Assembly: GCA_001938485.1 (NCBI GenBank) | Contig: MQRK01250436.1 | Location: forward strand, 1-52,315 | Direction of reading: 5' to 3' | Source: Girardia tigrina | Lineage: Eukaryota | DNA: 52,315 nucleotides | In this document: piece after piece, positions 1 to 12,949 of the stretch | How the letters are laid out: each line of letters opens with the position of its first letter | Numbering within the stretch: the first letter of the stretch is position 1 | Notes under the pieces: model-generated | The model's database searches: none | The model's input: the letters and a program-made list of their open reading frames with translations, nothing else | Told to the model about the DNA's origin: nothing | Position numbers and translations under genes: made by a program

Positions 1-839
1 TCTTTCAAGCATCTCTCTCAGACCTTTGACCATTTTCATTGTAAGCTACGCGACTATATAAACATCAGCTTAGTTTGATTCGGTGAATAAATTTATTTTT
101 CGCCACAGGTAATTTTATCCTTGAAAGGAATAAATTTATTTTTCGCCACAGCAAAATTCCTAATTCTGATAAACCTCGGTATCGAATACAAATTCAATCG
201 CGTGGAGATCNNNNNNNNNNNNNNNNNNNNNNNNNNNNNNNNNNNNNNNNNNNNNNNNNNNNNNNNNNNNNNNNNNNNNNNNNNNNNNNNNNNNNNNNNN
301 NNNNNNNNNNNNNNNNNNNNNNNNNNNNNNNNNNNNNNNNNNNNNNNNNNNNNNNNNNNNNNNNNNNNNNNNNNNNNNNNNNNNNNNNNNNNNNNNNNNN
401 NNNNNNNNNNNNNNNNNNNNNNNNNNNNNNNNNNNNNNNNTAATAATTTTTATTTATAACTTAAACCTTTGGTAACTGGAGAACGGTGTTTCCCAGTTCC
501 ATAATATCCTCGCATCACACACAGTATATTGTTATATTTTCTTTTATCGTTAAATTGTAATTTGTAAAAATTTTTTTGTAAAAATCTTAATAAATATTTT
601 TAAAGAAAAGTCTTACGTTATTTTGTTCATCTAATAATTCTAAGAGTTATTAATTGTTCATTGATTTATAAATCTTGAGAGTCGATAGATCATAAATTTT
701 AATTTATAAAAAACTTGACTACGAGGAGACCTATTTATTCTTCCTTTGTTACGACGTTTGGGGAATATAAAATTGACCCTTGAGCGTAACACTTTCAATT
801 TATTGTAAGATGCAAAATATTTCTGTAACACAATTTCTT

Positions 840-1213
840 TCAGAATCTTCCATCAGCTCTTTTCCCTTTCGAAGTCTTGCAGTAGTCTGGCAATAGATTT
901 ATTGCATTTACCCTCTCACTGACAAAACACTGCCTTGCTGCTTTTGTATTATGTATTGGTACATCATTATGTGGGAAATGCATTCGATTTCCTGCATACA
1001 TAAAATTAAGCATCCGTACCTTCAAAATTTTCTGGTAGGTAGACATCTTCACAATGGTTTCTGAGGGTAAAACCTTAAACCTTGTTTCGTAACAGTTTTG
1101 TGGTCATATGATAAACTCATAGACCCGTGGGAAACGAGACACAATGATTTATTTTTGTTAAATCCATTTAATTCTCTCCTCAAGAGGGCATCGTTTCGAC
1201 ATTTTATTCATCT
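840..1213 (-). mobile_element. Highly decayed Tc1-like transposase remnant
   Basis: Minus-strand FPHNDVPIHNTKAARQCF resembles the Tc1 FQQDNAPxH..K region; upstream part has stops and frameshifts. Confidence 0.4.
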
Positions 1214-2851
1214 GTAAATAAATAAGAATAGTCAATGTTAAAACGTAAATATTAATTTCCGCGAAATAAAATGCCTTTCTGGAGATAGATTAAAACAATC
1301 ATCCTCCAATTACTTTTGTATCTGGTTTTTGTTGCTGAAATTGTGGTATGTGAGATGAAAACTGTTGGTAGCGTTTATACCACTGTCATTGACAATAAAA
1401 TCGCCATTCATATTCAACACAAAAATTTATTAACATAAAAACATTGTTTTTAAACAAATTTTCGTTAAATAAATGTTTCATTCTCCCAAATCTTTAATTA
1501 ATTTCGTTTAAATTATTATCCTAAATTTTATTCTAATTTTAATTTTATCAATTTAATTTATTACATTTTACAACATTTTTTGAAATTTTATTTAATCAAA
1601 CTTTTTATTTTGGAAATTTATTTATAAAATATATTTTAATTACAAATAAAATTAATTTATATAATTTTTACGAAACTCTAATTTTAAAATTATTTTATTA
1701 AAATTATTTTATTAAAAATTATTTTATGTAATCTAATTTTTAATTATTTGAAAAATAATTTCGTAGTGACCTTTTATTATAAATTTAAGTTATAAATTTT
1801 ATTTCGTTTATTATTTATTTTCAAATTCTTATTTTAAAAACGTTTACTGATTATTTCCCTATTAAAATATATTGACTTTATTTAATGTAAGCTTTTTTTT
1901 AGATTTTAAACTCTGTTTTTTTGTTTTATATAATTATTTATTTTTTGTTAAAATTTTTAATTATAAAATTATAAATTATTCGGAGAATTGAAAATTTTAA
2001 CTAACTCCTAAAAAAACATAAGTATTTTAAAGTGATCATTTTAACAATATAAGTCATTTTTCCTTTGACTATTCAACAATACCAATCTGCTCAATGATGT
2101 GGGAAATTTTTTTAATAAAAAATGACGCATTTTAATTAATTAAAATTACATCTAATTTCAATTAAAGAAAAAAGATACATTTGGATTATAGTAACACGCA
2201 TTGCAGCCATCTTACTTCCAGATTGTAAGCTCAAAATCTCTTTGTTCTAAAAGATTTTCAATATTTTTATTTTTCCATGTTACACTTAATGAGACCTGTT
2301 TATGGGGCATGGGATACTTTTTGAATTCTAATGAATCGATATAAACAAATAAATACAATAACACTTTTTCGTATGAGAAAATGCTTTAATAATAAATTTT
2401 ATTACGTTTAATGCTTAAAATTTTTCTTCAATATGTTTTATTTATATTATAATTCTCTAATATTTAGTTTTTTAATTTTTCTTTAATTTTTTAATATATA
2501 TAATGTATTTTAATTTCCTAATAATTTCTAATGTTTTATATTTTTTTTAATTTCTTTATAATATTATTAATGAAAATTTTTAAAAATATTTTTTTAAGTC
2601 AATTAATAATATTCTTAATTGGATAATATCGATTTTATGTAATTAAAATTCATTTTTAATTGAAATAATTATTTAGAGTATTCATAATTAAGATCATTCA
2701 TAAGTGACTCAGAAAGGAAATTCCTTGGTAAAAGAGAATAAAAAGAATGTATATCTAGCATTTATTTTTTTATTATCAAAGAATTCAGGGGTGCATTTTT
2801 GCGAAAGCTGTTAACTTTATTATTGAAAATGAGGGTTTCTGTCAACAAATA

Positions 2852-3270
2852 ACGGATAACATCAAATAGTAGGTGGACATGAAATAGTAGGTGTAATGAA
2901 GTTTTCAAAAAATTTTCCACCTACTATTAAAATAGTAGAGTCGATTAATGCAGCAGGCTTTTCTGCCAATTGTTTAGAATGGCATATTTCGAAACATGAT
3001 GTGTATGGTGAACGTTTTGTAAAAAAGTATTTGTCGGAATCCCAAAAAGAAACTGATNNNNNNNNNNNNNNNNNNNNNNNNNNNNNNNNNNNNNNNNNNN
3101 NNNNNNNNNNNNNNNNNNNNNNNNNNNNNNNNNNNNNNNNNNNNNNNNNNNNNGACAAGTTCAAAACAAAAGCACCAAATAGTAGGTGTAAACCAATATT
3201 GGGCGCCTTTTCAATTTTTTTTCCACCTACTATTGAAATAGTAGGTGTCCTACTATTTCATGTTATCCGT
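2852..3270. mobile_element. Tc1/mariner-type MITE
   Basis: TIR ACGGATAACAT(C/G)AAATAGTAGG at both ends, TA on both flanks, internal AAATAGTAGG subterminal repeats; internal N gap. Confidence 0.85.
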
Positions 3271-3289
3271 TAGTATAAATTAAAAATTG

Positions 3290-3415
3290 TGTTACAGTCA
3301 AGGAAGCTGAGAAAGAAGAGAATATTCTGTAACTAGGACTTTTTATGCATGTCAGCAATTCTTTACCATTATCCCCTATCACCATGTCATTCCTACCTTC
3401 AGCTCTTATGTAACA
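3290..3415. mobile_element. Possible short solo LTR
   Basis: 126 bp bounded by perfect TGTTACA...TGTAACA inverted termini; no TSD recognised. Confidence 0.35.
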
Positions 3416-4360
3416 ACGTCTTTAACTATTTAAAGAAATTTTTAGTGGTTAATATTTCCTTACGAAAGAATATTTGAAGAGTATCTTCAGAAAAATGGCC
3501 GCAGGATAACTCGTCGCAAAATTAATTTTATGACAATAATTGTTTTGTTTGATTGTACAAATTGTTAATTAAATTTTAAAATTAATTTTATTGTTTGTCA
3601 CATTTAATTTCAACTTTAAACATTAAATTTCATTTTTGTTTTAGTTACATAAAATTTACTTTAATTTTATTCATGATAAAATTTTAATTTCATTTTTTTA
3701 TTAATATTAATTTTACTTTTATAAATTAAATTAATACTTATAATAGTACTAAAATATTTTAAATTTGATTTCAATTCCAAATAATTTTTAAAATTTCGAT
3801 CAGCTAACTGAAGATTAACTAACTCCTCATAACTTGAATTTTTATTTATGATTAAACATTAAATAGGCTTACAATACGAGCTTTAATTTACTAATCCTTA
3901 AAATTTTATTTTTGTCATTGTGATCAAACTTGATTTTTGATCTTTAAAAATTAATTAAATAAATTTTACTACAATCCTTAAATAATTTCATAGAATAAAA
4001 ATAATTATTTTACTATAATCTTTGAATAATTTCTTAAAACAAAAATTATAATATTACTACTGTTTCGCTGATCGAATGTTTGATTCGATTGAGTGATACA
4101 ACAGACAAATAATTAAAACAAGTCACTCACAACAGAAGAGAAATGAAAATCAAAATCACAAAAGGAAGAAAAAGAAACACAAAGCAGAATATACCATTCA
4201 GCATCAAATAACAATCGAGAAAGAAATTAAATCGAAATTACCGAAAATATCCGTTGAGAATGCCGAATAAAAAGAAAACAAAGCATATTGGACAGGAAGC
4301 CGTGTCTCCATGTTTTGGAATGAGAAGAACTGTCTTTCAATTTATTATTTAAAGCACTCA

Positions 4361-5894
4361 ATCGTTTTTCACAAAAAATAAGGTAATTCCTTCATTTATT
4401 TCCAAAATCATTGTCATCTTATTAACTCTTTTTTTACAAAGAAAAATTTATTTGAACAAATCATAAACAATGTTTTCCTTTCAAATTGTACAAAAACAAA
4501 ATTAAAATATTTTTCGCCATGAACAAAATCAAATTCAAAAATATTGATTCAAACTATCAAAAAAATTCATCTAAACAATTCTTCCAACTTAACAATTGAT
4601 TAAAAAAACAATTTCGATCGATATTCATAAATTCTTTTACAAAAAAACCATACCACAAAAAACGGTAACTATAAACGACTACATCAAAATTACATTAATT
4701 TTCTTATTTAATTTGGCAACAATTTTCATTAATTTTTTAAATGATTTTTTTACTTCTATTTATTTTTTTAATTCAATCAATTATTCGATGGATTTTCGTT
4801 AATTATCAATTTTTCCGCGGAATTTTCGAACAGAATTTCAATTTTTTCATTTTCGATTTTTGATATGTGGAGCGGAGAATTGCTGATTTGACCGAACATT
4901 TTTGCTAGTTTCAGGAAAATATAAATAAATTAAGAAATTAAATGAAATAATTAAATAACTTTAAAAAAAATTAAACAATAAATTAAATAAAGGCTCTATT
5001 TGAAAATGTTTAACAGAGAAGTTGAGTGTGAAGCTTGGATATTAATTTTTGGATCCATGGATCTTATTAATAAGGCCTCACACGTTACTCTCTCCCAGTA
5101 ATNNNNNNNNNNNNNNNNNNNNNNNNNNNNNNNNNNNNNNNNNNNNNNNNNNATTACTGGGAGAGAGTAACGTGTGAGGCCTTATTAATAAGATCCATGG
5201 ATCCAAAAATTAATATCCAAGCTTCACACTCAACTTCTCTGTTAAACATTTTCAAATAGAGCCTTTATTTAATTTATTGTTTAATTTTTTTTAAAGTTAT
5301 TTAATTATTTCATTTAATTTCTTAATTTATTTATATTTTCCTGAAACTAGCAAAAATGTTCGGTCAAATCAGCAATTCTCCGCTCCACATATCAAAAATC
5401 GAAAATGAAAAAATTGAAATTCTGTTCGAAAATTCCGCGGAAAAATTGATAATTAACGAAAATCCATCGAATAATTGATTGAATTAAAAAAATAAATAGA
5501 AGTAAAAAAATCATTTAAAAAATTAATGAAAATTGTTGCCAAATTAAATAAGAAAATTAATGTAATTTTGATGTAGTCGTTTATAGTTACCGTTTTTTGT
5601 GGTATGGTTTTTTTGTAAAAGAATTTATGAATATCGATCGAAATTGTTTTTTTAATCAATTGTTAAGTTGGAAGAATTGTTTAGATGAATTTTTTTGATA
5701 GTTTGAATCAATATTTTTGAATTTGATTTTGTTCATGGCGAAAAATATTTTAATTTTGTTTTTGTACAATTTGAAAGGAAAACATTGTTTATGATTTGTT
5801 CAAATAAATTTTTCTTTGTAAAAAAAGAGTTAATAAGATGACAATGATTTTGGAAATAAATGAAGGAATTACCTTATTTTTTGTGAAAAACGAT
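4361..5894. repeat. 742-bp inverted duplication (palindrome) around a 50-N gap
   Basis: 4361-5102 is the reverse complement of 5153-5894; identical 68-aa ORFs on opposite strands. Confidence 0.95.
5153..5258 (+). mobile_element. Penelope-like GIY-YIG endonuclease C-terminus (mirror copy about 4997-5102)
   Basis: YWERVTCEALLIRSMDPKINIQ matches the PLE E-A-L-x-I...P-x-I/L-N motif; homologous to 20341-20440 and 32060-32200. Confidence 0.75.
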
Positions 5895-5987
5895 AATTTT
5901 TATAAATTTTCGACTCCAAATTTTTTTATGGAAAAAGAAAAGTCTCTGGAAAAAGGTTCAATTAAACATCTTCTATCAGATGGTTTT

Positions 5988-6407
5988 AGTGGAAAGTTGA
6001 CACTAATTCATCGATTTTAAGAAAAACATATGGTCAAAATGAAAAGGACGGAGATGGCTGTTTCGGGAAGAAAGTGTTTTTGAACGGTGATTATGGTTGT
6101 TTGCAGTTGATTCGTGATAATGGTGTTGAACCATCTGAATGTCAGTTTTCTAAATGAGTCGACTGCTTGATATTTGTATTCAGTTTGGAAAAAGAGGAAA
6201 GCCTAAACGTTCTTTATAAATTTCATGAGCAAATTTTCAAGTTAGGAAACAGCATATTCGGTGTTGAACTTCCATTTATTCTTGGTGGAACACAGTAAGT
6301 GAATCAAATTCTCGAGTCATTGATGATTCCAGAGTCGTAAACTTGCTGCAGATTTAGAAATGAGTGCCTATTATGAAACATGTGCCAATTATGGATTAAA
6401 TGTTGAA
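5988..6407 (+). pseudogene. AGAP: AGAP/centaurin-gamma GTPase-like domain fragment
   Basis: SGKLTLIHRF..GCFGKKVF..LIRD..QFSK*VDCLIFVFSLE..LPFILGGTQ..RVIDDSR..YYETCANYGLNVE parallels the AGAP GTPase-like domain; stops and frameshifts. Confidence 0.85.
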
Positions 6408-6559
6408 ATAAAATATTTTTATAGTCATTTTTAAACATTAATTTGATTTTAATTATTTAAAAATTTACAAAAATAAAGTCAATAAATTTATTTAAAAGTT
6501 GCAATAATAAAAATTAAAATTTTGAATATTAAATCTAAATTTAAATAAATTAGTTTCAG

Positions 6560-6681
6560 ATTATAAGAAATTAAATATTGATAATCCATCTGGTTAGGAG
6601 AGGCAAAATCACAAATCAACATACAACATTTAAACATGCAAACACTACACAAAAACATCCACACATCAAATATTCCTCACA
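6560..6681 (+). repeat. Dispersed repeat family A 3' end (probable LTR end)
   Basis: ATCTGG.TAGGAGA...CAACATAC...ATATTCCTCACA shared with 8290, 16264, 21404 and 40123. Confidence 0.65.
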
Positions 6682-6704
6682 GTTATCACATGGTCAATTT
6701 TCAT

Positions 6705-7010
6705 CGTCAACTCCAAAATCCAACGTTCATGGTCAAAAAGTTCTGTTAGATGTGTGGTTGGGAATGAATGGGATTATTATTTTTGAACTACAGAAACGTG
6801 TTGAAACAGTTACCTCGGATATTTATTGCGCTCAATTGTCACGCCTGATAGAACAAATGTCTTTTAAACTTCCTGCAATAGCAAATGGGGAAAATATGAC
6901 TTTGCAGCACGACAATGCAAGGCCGCAAGTTGTAAAGAACACTCGCAGCAAAATCCAGGAGTAAGGTGGGAAATTCTACCAAATCCACTCTACAGTCTGG
7001 ACATTATTTA
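6705..7010 (+). mobile_element. mariner transposase internal fragment
   Basis: KVLLDVW..GII.FEL..TVTSDIYCAQL..LQHDNARP, followed by a degenerate W..L.HP.YS.D. Confidence 0.85.
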
Positions 7011-8289
7011 ATTATCTTGCAAACTTCTTATGCTAAATTTACTTATTCTTATTTTACTAAAAAGCGATTTCATTTATAATGAGTAATAAAAATAAGAAAG
7101 ATAATCATTTCTGACGAATCCACTCTTTTACTAAAAATATATTTAGGCAAAGAACATTACAAATATTCTATCAGATTTTTATCAATTTGAGTTTTGGAGC
7201 ACGATAGAAAATATAATCAAACTCGTGAATCAAAAAAACCAACGAAGGAAAATCCTCAAAATCGGATTGTCAAAATCAATTACTGCCAGTGGTGGAATTT
7301 CATCCCAAAGCTTGATGAACGAATTCTCAGTGAAGTCATTAAAGTAAGCCCATTTAACACAGTGTATTATTTAAAATTGATTGTCTCACAATTCTTTTAC
7401 GAATTATTCAATTATTTAACAAATCAAATTTTTGTATTACATTCGTTAGTACTAAGAAACCACTCAAAAAAGACCAGAGGAAAAAAATTAATCTTAACGA
7501 ACTCTATGGCAGTCACGTACGGATGTAAAAGAGCATTTCATAAACAATTATTATGACTGACCCTCCTAGGAGTTATTTTATATATTTTTTCTGTAAACTA
7601 AATTAACAAGCAAAGATTGAGGTATATGCCTATCAACACATCTTTGGCAACGATGGTTTGAAAACTGACACTCTATAAACGAGAGAAAGACGAAAAAAAT
7701 GCGATTCCTGATTAAGTTTTAAATCATACTTTCGAAAAGGCGATGAATATGTTGATGTTTAACTTTGATCACATTTATAAGATTCTTGAGAAACTCAATC
7801 AAGTACCCCTTGAAGGGGGACATTATATTCACAAAATGAGAGAACATTAGCTAATCAAGCAAAAATATATAGCGAAATGTTACATATAGATGACATATTT
7901 AATATCAAAGAACGATTATTTAATTTATGTGATTTTGTATAAATATTTTCGTATTTGTAAAATTTTTTAATACATGCCAAACATCTTAATTGAATTTCAT
8001 TTTTGCAAAATTATCTCACGTTAAGAAAAAAATATGTTCTCTGAAAACATTTGTTCAAGGAAAAAAAAGGTAAAATTTTTGTTTTTAAAATGAGTTTAGC
8101 AAATCTAAACACGGTTAAAGAGTATTTAAAACTTATGTTAGTATTTGTTAAATTATTTACATTATGTGAAAACGAAAAAATAGCAGAATTACAATTATTC
8201 CAAAAATACTTTCAAAAAAGAGATTCGAAGCATATCCGAGAATATTGATGACCGTATAAAGGATTTTTAAAACTATTGGATAAACTGTC

Positions 8290-8400
8290 TGCGAGGAATG
8301 TTTTGAATTGTGTGCTGATATTGTGCATGTTGTATGTTTATTGGGATTGTGTCTCTCCTACCCAAATGAATGATTGGCATTTTCTTTGATTCTTACTAAT
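8290..8400 (-). repeat. Repeat family A 3' end
   Basis: TGCGAGGAATG...TGTCTCTCCTACCCAAATG is the reverse complement of family A. Confidence 0.6.
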
Positions 8401-9325
8401 TAAAAATAATTTAATTTAATTTTAAAGTAAAAAGATTTAAAATAATTTTTGAATGTATTATTTATTTTTTAATGTAATTTAAAATTTTAATATATTAATT
8501 TAATTGGTTCTTTTTTTAAAAAATGTTTAGATTTAATTTTAATTAATTAGATTTTTTATAATTAATAAATTTTATTAAAAGATTTTCATTTATTGAAAAA
8601 AATTAGTATAAATTCAGAAAAAAATATTAATCGAGAAAATGTAAAATAGCGAGTCTTTTGAATAATGGCTGTCATAACAATTCTACTTGTGTTGTTAATG
8701 AATGTTTGTGTTCGATTCACATGGGGGGCATATCGAAGTGAACCCAAAAAGAAAAAATTAAAATTCGTCAAAAGTTGCAACTTATGAAGAGTTCAAAATC
8801 AGCAATAAATCGGACAAATTTGTTATTTGGAATTAACTCCAATTCAATTTAAAATTGTGTTTGAATAATGAAAACAGTGATTGATCAAATATTTTGTTTG
8901 TCTTTTGTTAAAAAATGATTAAAATGATAAAAAATTTAAATAAAAAAATATATGTAAAAATGTTAAAAAGCAAAAAAAAGAAAAAGGTTTTTCGAAATTG
9001 TAAAAAAAAACTAATTAAAAAAATGATTCGATTTGTTTTATAGAATAAAATAAAGAAAAATGTGTTAAAAAGCGATTTGTTTAAATAGATTAGTTTTGTT
9101 TATGATTTTTTGGCGTAATTTTAAAATTTGATGAAAAATAAATGCGATTTGTGAAGTGGAATTTTTTTTGTGATATTATTGTTATATTTTCACATATTAT
9201 GGATTTTAAGTGTAATATTGACGATGCTGATTTCTGCTAATGTTTGAGTTTGAGAATTGCATGTTTACATAAAGAGAAAGGACAAATCACAATCATCGAT
9301 CACCACAATTTAAAAAAAAGACTTA

Positions 9326-9936
9326 ATGATTTTCGGCAGCTCTTCATATAGTAAATGCGAAAGTTATAAAGACTACATTACGATATGGAAATCGTCTGTT
9401 TCCGACCAAAATTCTATGGTAAATAAAATCGCTCGAAAAGAATACATTTCCGAAGACGAATCGATGTTACGAGTGACGATCATCGACGATAAAGTGAAAG
9501 ACGACTCAGAACTAATCGTGCTTCTATCGGATTACGTGAGATTATCAAATGAGAAAGATAGTACAAAGGAAATAATCGAAACAGCCAGAGAAGATCGATC
9601 GGAGATTAAAATTAAACGAAATTGAATCGTTCAGGATTTGTGCGTGACGATAGTCGATCGATCGTATCGAAATGAGGAATTTCACGCTCAATCTACCGTA
9701 ATTGATAAGGTTTATGATAAGGAGATTTCAAGTGCGTGACCGCCGATGGTCGAATTTTGTATGAGTTGACGAGTGGGATGTTGGAGTTTGTTGGACCGAG
9801 TCGGGGTCGATTTGCGTGAGTTATGGGTGGTGTGAAGTCAAATGAAGTTGTGATGGTGAAGGAGATTAATGAGGTCCTAGGAGCGGCGACTGTTGTTGTT
9901 AGAGCCGATGATTATGCATCTGATGATGACGAATAG
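9326..9936 (+). pseudogene. GPKOW: GPKOW/Spp2-like C-terminal KOW region
   Basis: *IVQDLCVTIVDRSYRNEEFH..VIDKV..FKCVTADGRILYELTSGMLE..acidic tail SDDDE* parallels GPKOW WLxxDLRVRFVDxxYKGG..CRTDEGRVLEGLREDMLE; internal stops and one frameshift. Confidence 0.75.
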
Positions 9937-10026
9937 AGACTTCAGAACAAAAAAATGAAATCGAGATTGATGAGCGGCAGGCGAATGACGGTAAGATTGG
10001 TTTTTCCGCTCCCTCTCGTCCCGGAA

Positions 10027-10071
10027 GCACTGATTTCCCAACCCCGGGACGCTGCACCCGCTATCGCAACA
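10027..10071 (-). other. Insulin-family A-chain-like motif (exon fragment)
   Basis: Translates CCDSGCSVPGLGNQC = CCx3C[S]x3[L]x3C. Confidence 0.4.
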
Positions 10072-10186
10072 GTTTGAAAAATCATATTGCTATTGTTAAT
10101 ACTGTTAAAGTCTTTTTAAGATTGTGCAAATTAAAATATAATTTATAATCTTTAAATTATGATGTTATTAATATAATTTATTTATT

Positions 10187-11511
10187 TAGTGCGTTCCAAA
10201 AGTCTGTTCGCACCCATAAAAATCATCACTTATACAATTTTTTTAAGTAAAAGGCGATGAAGTGGAAGAAAATATTATATTTACAAATAAAAATGTTATT
10301 TTTAATATTTTGTGTGGTATCCTTTCATCTTGATGATTGAAGACACCCTTCGCGACATTGAATCGACAAGTCGACGACATAAAGAACTTGGTATATTGTA
10401 CCATAACTTTTGTATTTCTATCCACATTTTCTCTGAATACAAAGTATCCATATTATTTATTTTTCTCTTTATAATACCCCTCAAATTCTCAATCGGGTTT
10501 ACATCTGGTGAGTTGGCAGGCCAATCAAGAATATTTATCTTCTTTGTTTTCAAAAAAGACACTGTTGATGCTGATCGATGACAAGGCGCATTGTCTTGCT
10601 GAAATATAAAATTTGGAAGAGGGAATACCAATCATTGCCCTGTAATGTCTATGTTATTGACAATTAGATCTTGATAGTTCTTCGAATTTAAATTTCCGTT
10701 TATCCGTTTTAAGATACCAACACCAAATCTGGAGAAAGATCCCCATACATGAACTTGGGCACCGTGTTGGAGGACCTTCTTAGTACAATTGTGACTAAGC
10801 CTTTCATTGTCAAACGTTCTAACGATTTCGCTACGAGTGTGGCTATATGTGCGGAACATATATTCATCGCTAAAAACTACATTCGATACTTATCGATTTC
10901 CCAATTTTGTTTATCCCGAGCCCATTCAACTCTTCTTTTTCGTTGCTTTCTAATCAATAAAGGCTTGCAAACAGCATAATGACTTTTTAAGCCGTACTTA
11001 ATCAAAATTCTATTCACTGTACTTCGTGATGCATGTATCATTCCAGCTGTATTGAAAGCTCCTGTTATTTTACTTATCGACATGCGCCTATTTTTCAAGC
11101 ATTTACGACGAATAATTCTTTCAGAACGTTTTGGTAATTTTGAAGGTCGTCCACTACGTTTTTTATCTTCATATGTACCTAATGTCTTGAACTTATGTAC
11201 AATTTTTTGAATGCCCCGCTTTNNNNNNNNNNNNNNNNNNNNNNNNNNNNNNNNNNNNNNNNNNNNNNNNNNNNNNNNNNNNNNNNNNNNNNNNNNNNNN
11301 NNNNNNNNNNNNNNNNNNNNNNNNNNNNNNNNNNNNNNNNNNNNNNNNNNNNNNNNNNNNNNNNNNNNNNNNNNNNNNNNNNNNNNCTTGATATTTCAAT
11401 TTTAAATTTACTAAAATTATTTAAATTAAAGCATTTAAACAAATTAAAAAATTTAATAAATAGTATAAATCAAAATTTCAATGGGTGCGAACAGACTTTT
11501 GGAATATAATG
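10187..11511 (-). mobile_element. Tc1 (DD34E) DNA transposon, disrupted transposase
   Basis: TIRs TTCCAAAAGTCTGTTCGCACCCAT at both ends; GRP, FSDE, VWG, QQDNAPCH and WPANSPDVNPIEN motifs; in-frame stops. Confidence 0.95.
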
Positions 11512-11519
11512 TTTTTGGT

Positions 11520-11760
11520 ATATAATGTTTAATACATGATGGTTTATGAAATTTTTTAAATGCATCGATCTTTGTTTGGTCTGTTTCTATGCCATTCTTA
11601 TTGGCAATGTATACTAAAAATTTTGTTCCTTCTGTTAAGAATTTACACTTTTCTGTGTTTACTTAATCTGCTTCCTTAATTTTCTCTACTCTGTTTTATT
11701 CGTTGAATTTGTTATACTTTATTTTTCGAAAAATCAAGTGGCTACTATCTCGAAAGATAT
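11520..11760 (-). mobile_element. Gypsy reverse transcriptase C-terminal fragment
   Basis: EKCKFLTEGTKFLVYIANKNGIETDQTKIDAFKKFHKP resembles the Ty3/gypsy KCxF..FLG..GI..DPxKI.AI..P motif. Confidence 0.65.
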
Positions 11761-12417
11761 TCTTTCAAATATCTAAATGGATTTTGTGAAATACTTAAAA
11801 GGTAAATAATTGCTTGCCAACATTTGATAAGGATCTTTGTCCAAAGAAACATCCAGAGTCTAAAGTTTAGATTTTTCATTCAAGCCCAAATCATGACAAT
11901 AAAAATGGTATTGTAGAAATATAATTTAAAACTATCAAAAATGTTATTAAAATTACAAAGAAGAATGAAGAACACAGAGAAGAAACTTTGTCCAACAAAT
12001 TAGCCTTGTCCCTTAAGTTTTGTGAAATACATTGATCAGGAAAGGAAGACTATCCTGTAAATTAGCTCATCTAAGAGATAATTTAAACTCTCATTTAAAA
12101 TTATACTGAAGTAATAAAAATACTTTGTATACATTCGGGAAAGCCTGGTCAAGTATTTAAATAAAAAAGGATTTTGTTGACTTGAATGATAAGTTTGTGG
12201 AATCTTTAACATGAATAAGGAATTGATCCATGAAAATCTTTGTTTGATTATCCAAAATTGAATTTTTAAACATACGAAATTTATTTTTAAATATTGACAT
12301 TTTAACACATCATAGTTAAAAATTTACAAATAATCAGAAAATTAAAAAAATATATTTAATAAAATTTTGCTTAAAACGTTTGTCTAATCTAATCTAATTT
12401 CGTAAAAAAAGGAAAAT

Positions 12418-12765
12418 TCAATAACATTTTGGTTTTTTTATCAAAATACTGTGTAATCTCATTAGGAGGTTATCAATTTTGTTAATATGTGCACTCAGTT
12501 TCGGAGTCAAATATTTGCTTAAAATATCTTCGCAACCATAAATAATGCCGGATAACGCACCAACTATTATCGGACAATAATTTGAGGGCATTGCGAACGC
12601 CTTGCTTGTCTCCACAGCTTCGGAAAATGAGTTTGTGCTCGAAATGAAGTATATAGAGGCTTTGATAACATCCGTACAGTAACTTCCTCGACTCAGGTTA
12701 GCTCGGGATTCTAAGATAAGACCTTCTTCCAAAGCATTTTTAACCGGAAAAGTAAATTTTACCTT
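12418..12765 (-). pseudogene. ADP-ribosylglycohydrolase-family C-terminal exon
   Basis: GSYCTDVIKASIYFI..SFSEAV..FAMPSNYCPIIVGALSGIIYG..I; candidate AG acceptor just upstream; no upstream exons recognised. Confidence 0.65.
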
Positions 12766-12885
12766 AATAAGAAAATTAGCTAATTAAAACTTTAGATTAT
12801 TTTTACAATAATTAAGAAAAATATATTTATTAAATTTTATTCAATTCTTTATATTTAGAACAATATATCTTAAAATAAATATAAT

Positions 12886-12948
12886 GTATCTTTGTATCGT
12901 GTAAAGGACAATAAAAAACTGACTTTTTTCTTTGTTAATGTGGACTGA
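12886..12948 (+). repeat. 63-bp direct repeat, copy 1 (copy 2 at 15102-15165)
   Basis: GTATCTTTGTATCGTGTAAAGGAC...AATGTGGACTGA, one indel between copies. Confidence 0.9.
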
Positions 12949-12949
12949 T

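Noticed and set aside
86-151. Two copies of GAATAAATTTATTTTTCGCCACAG, superficially CRISPR-like
   Set aside because: Only two units, next to a gap, eukaryotic context, no cas genes
9995-10030. GTRGSGKT P-loop-like string in an alternative minus frame
   Set aside because: No preceding hydrophobic strand or further NTPase motifs; short chance match
11760-12300. Possible Penelope RT remnant (LPFL, LDKDP strings)
   Set aside because: Motifs too short and not in a convincing order
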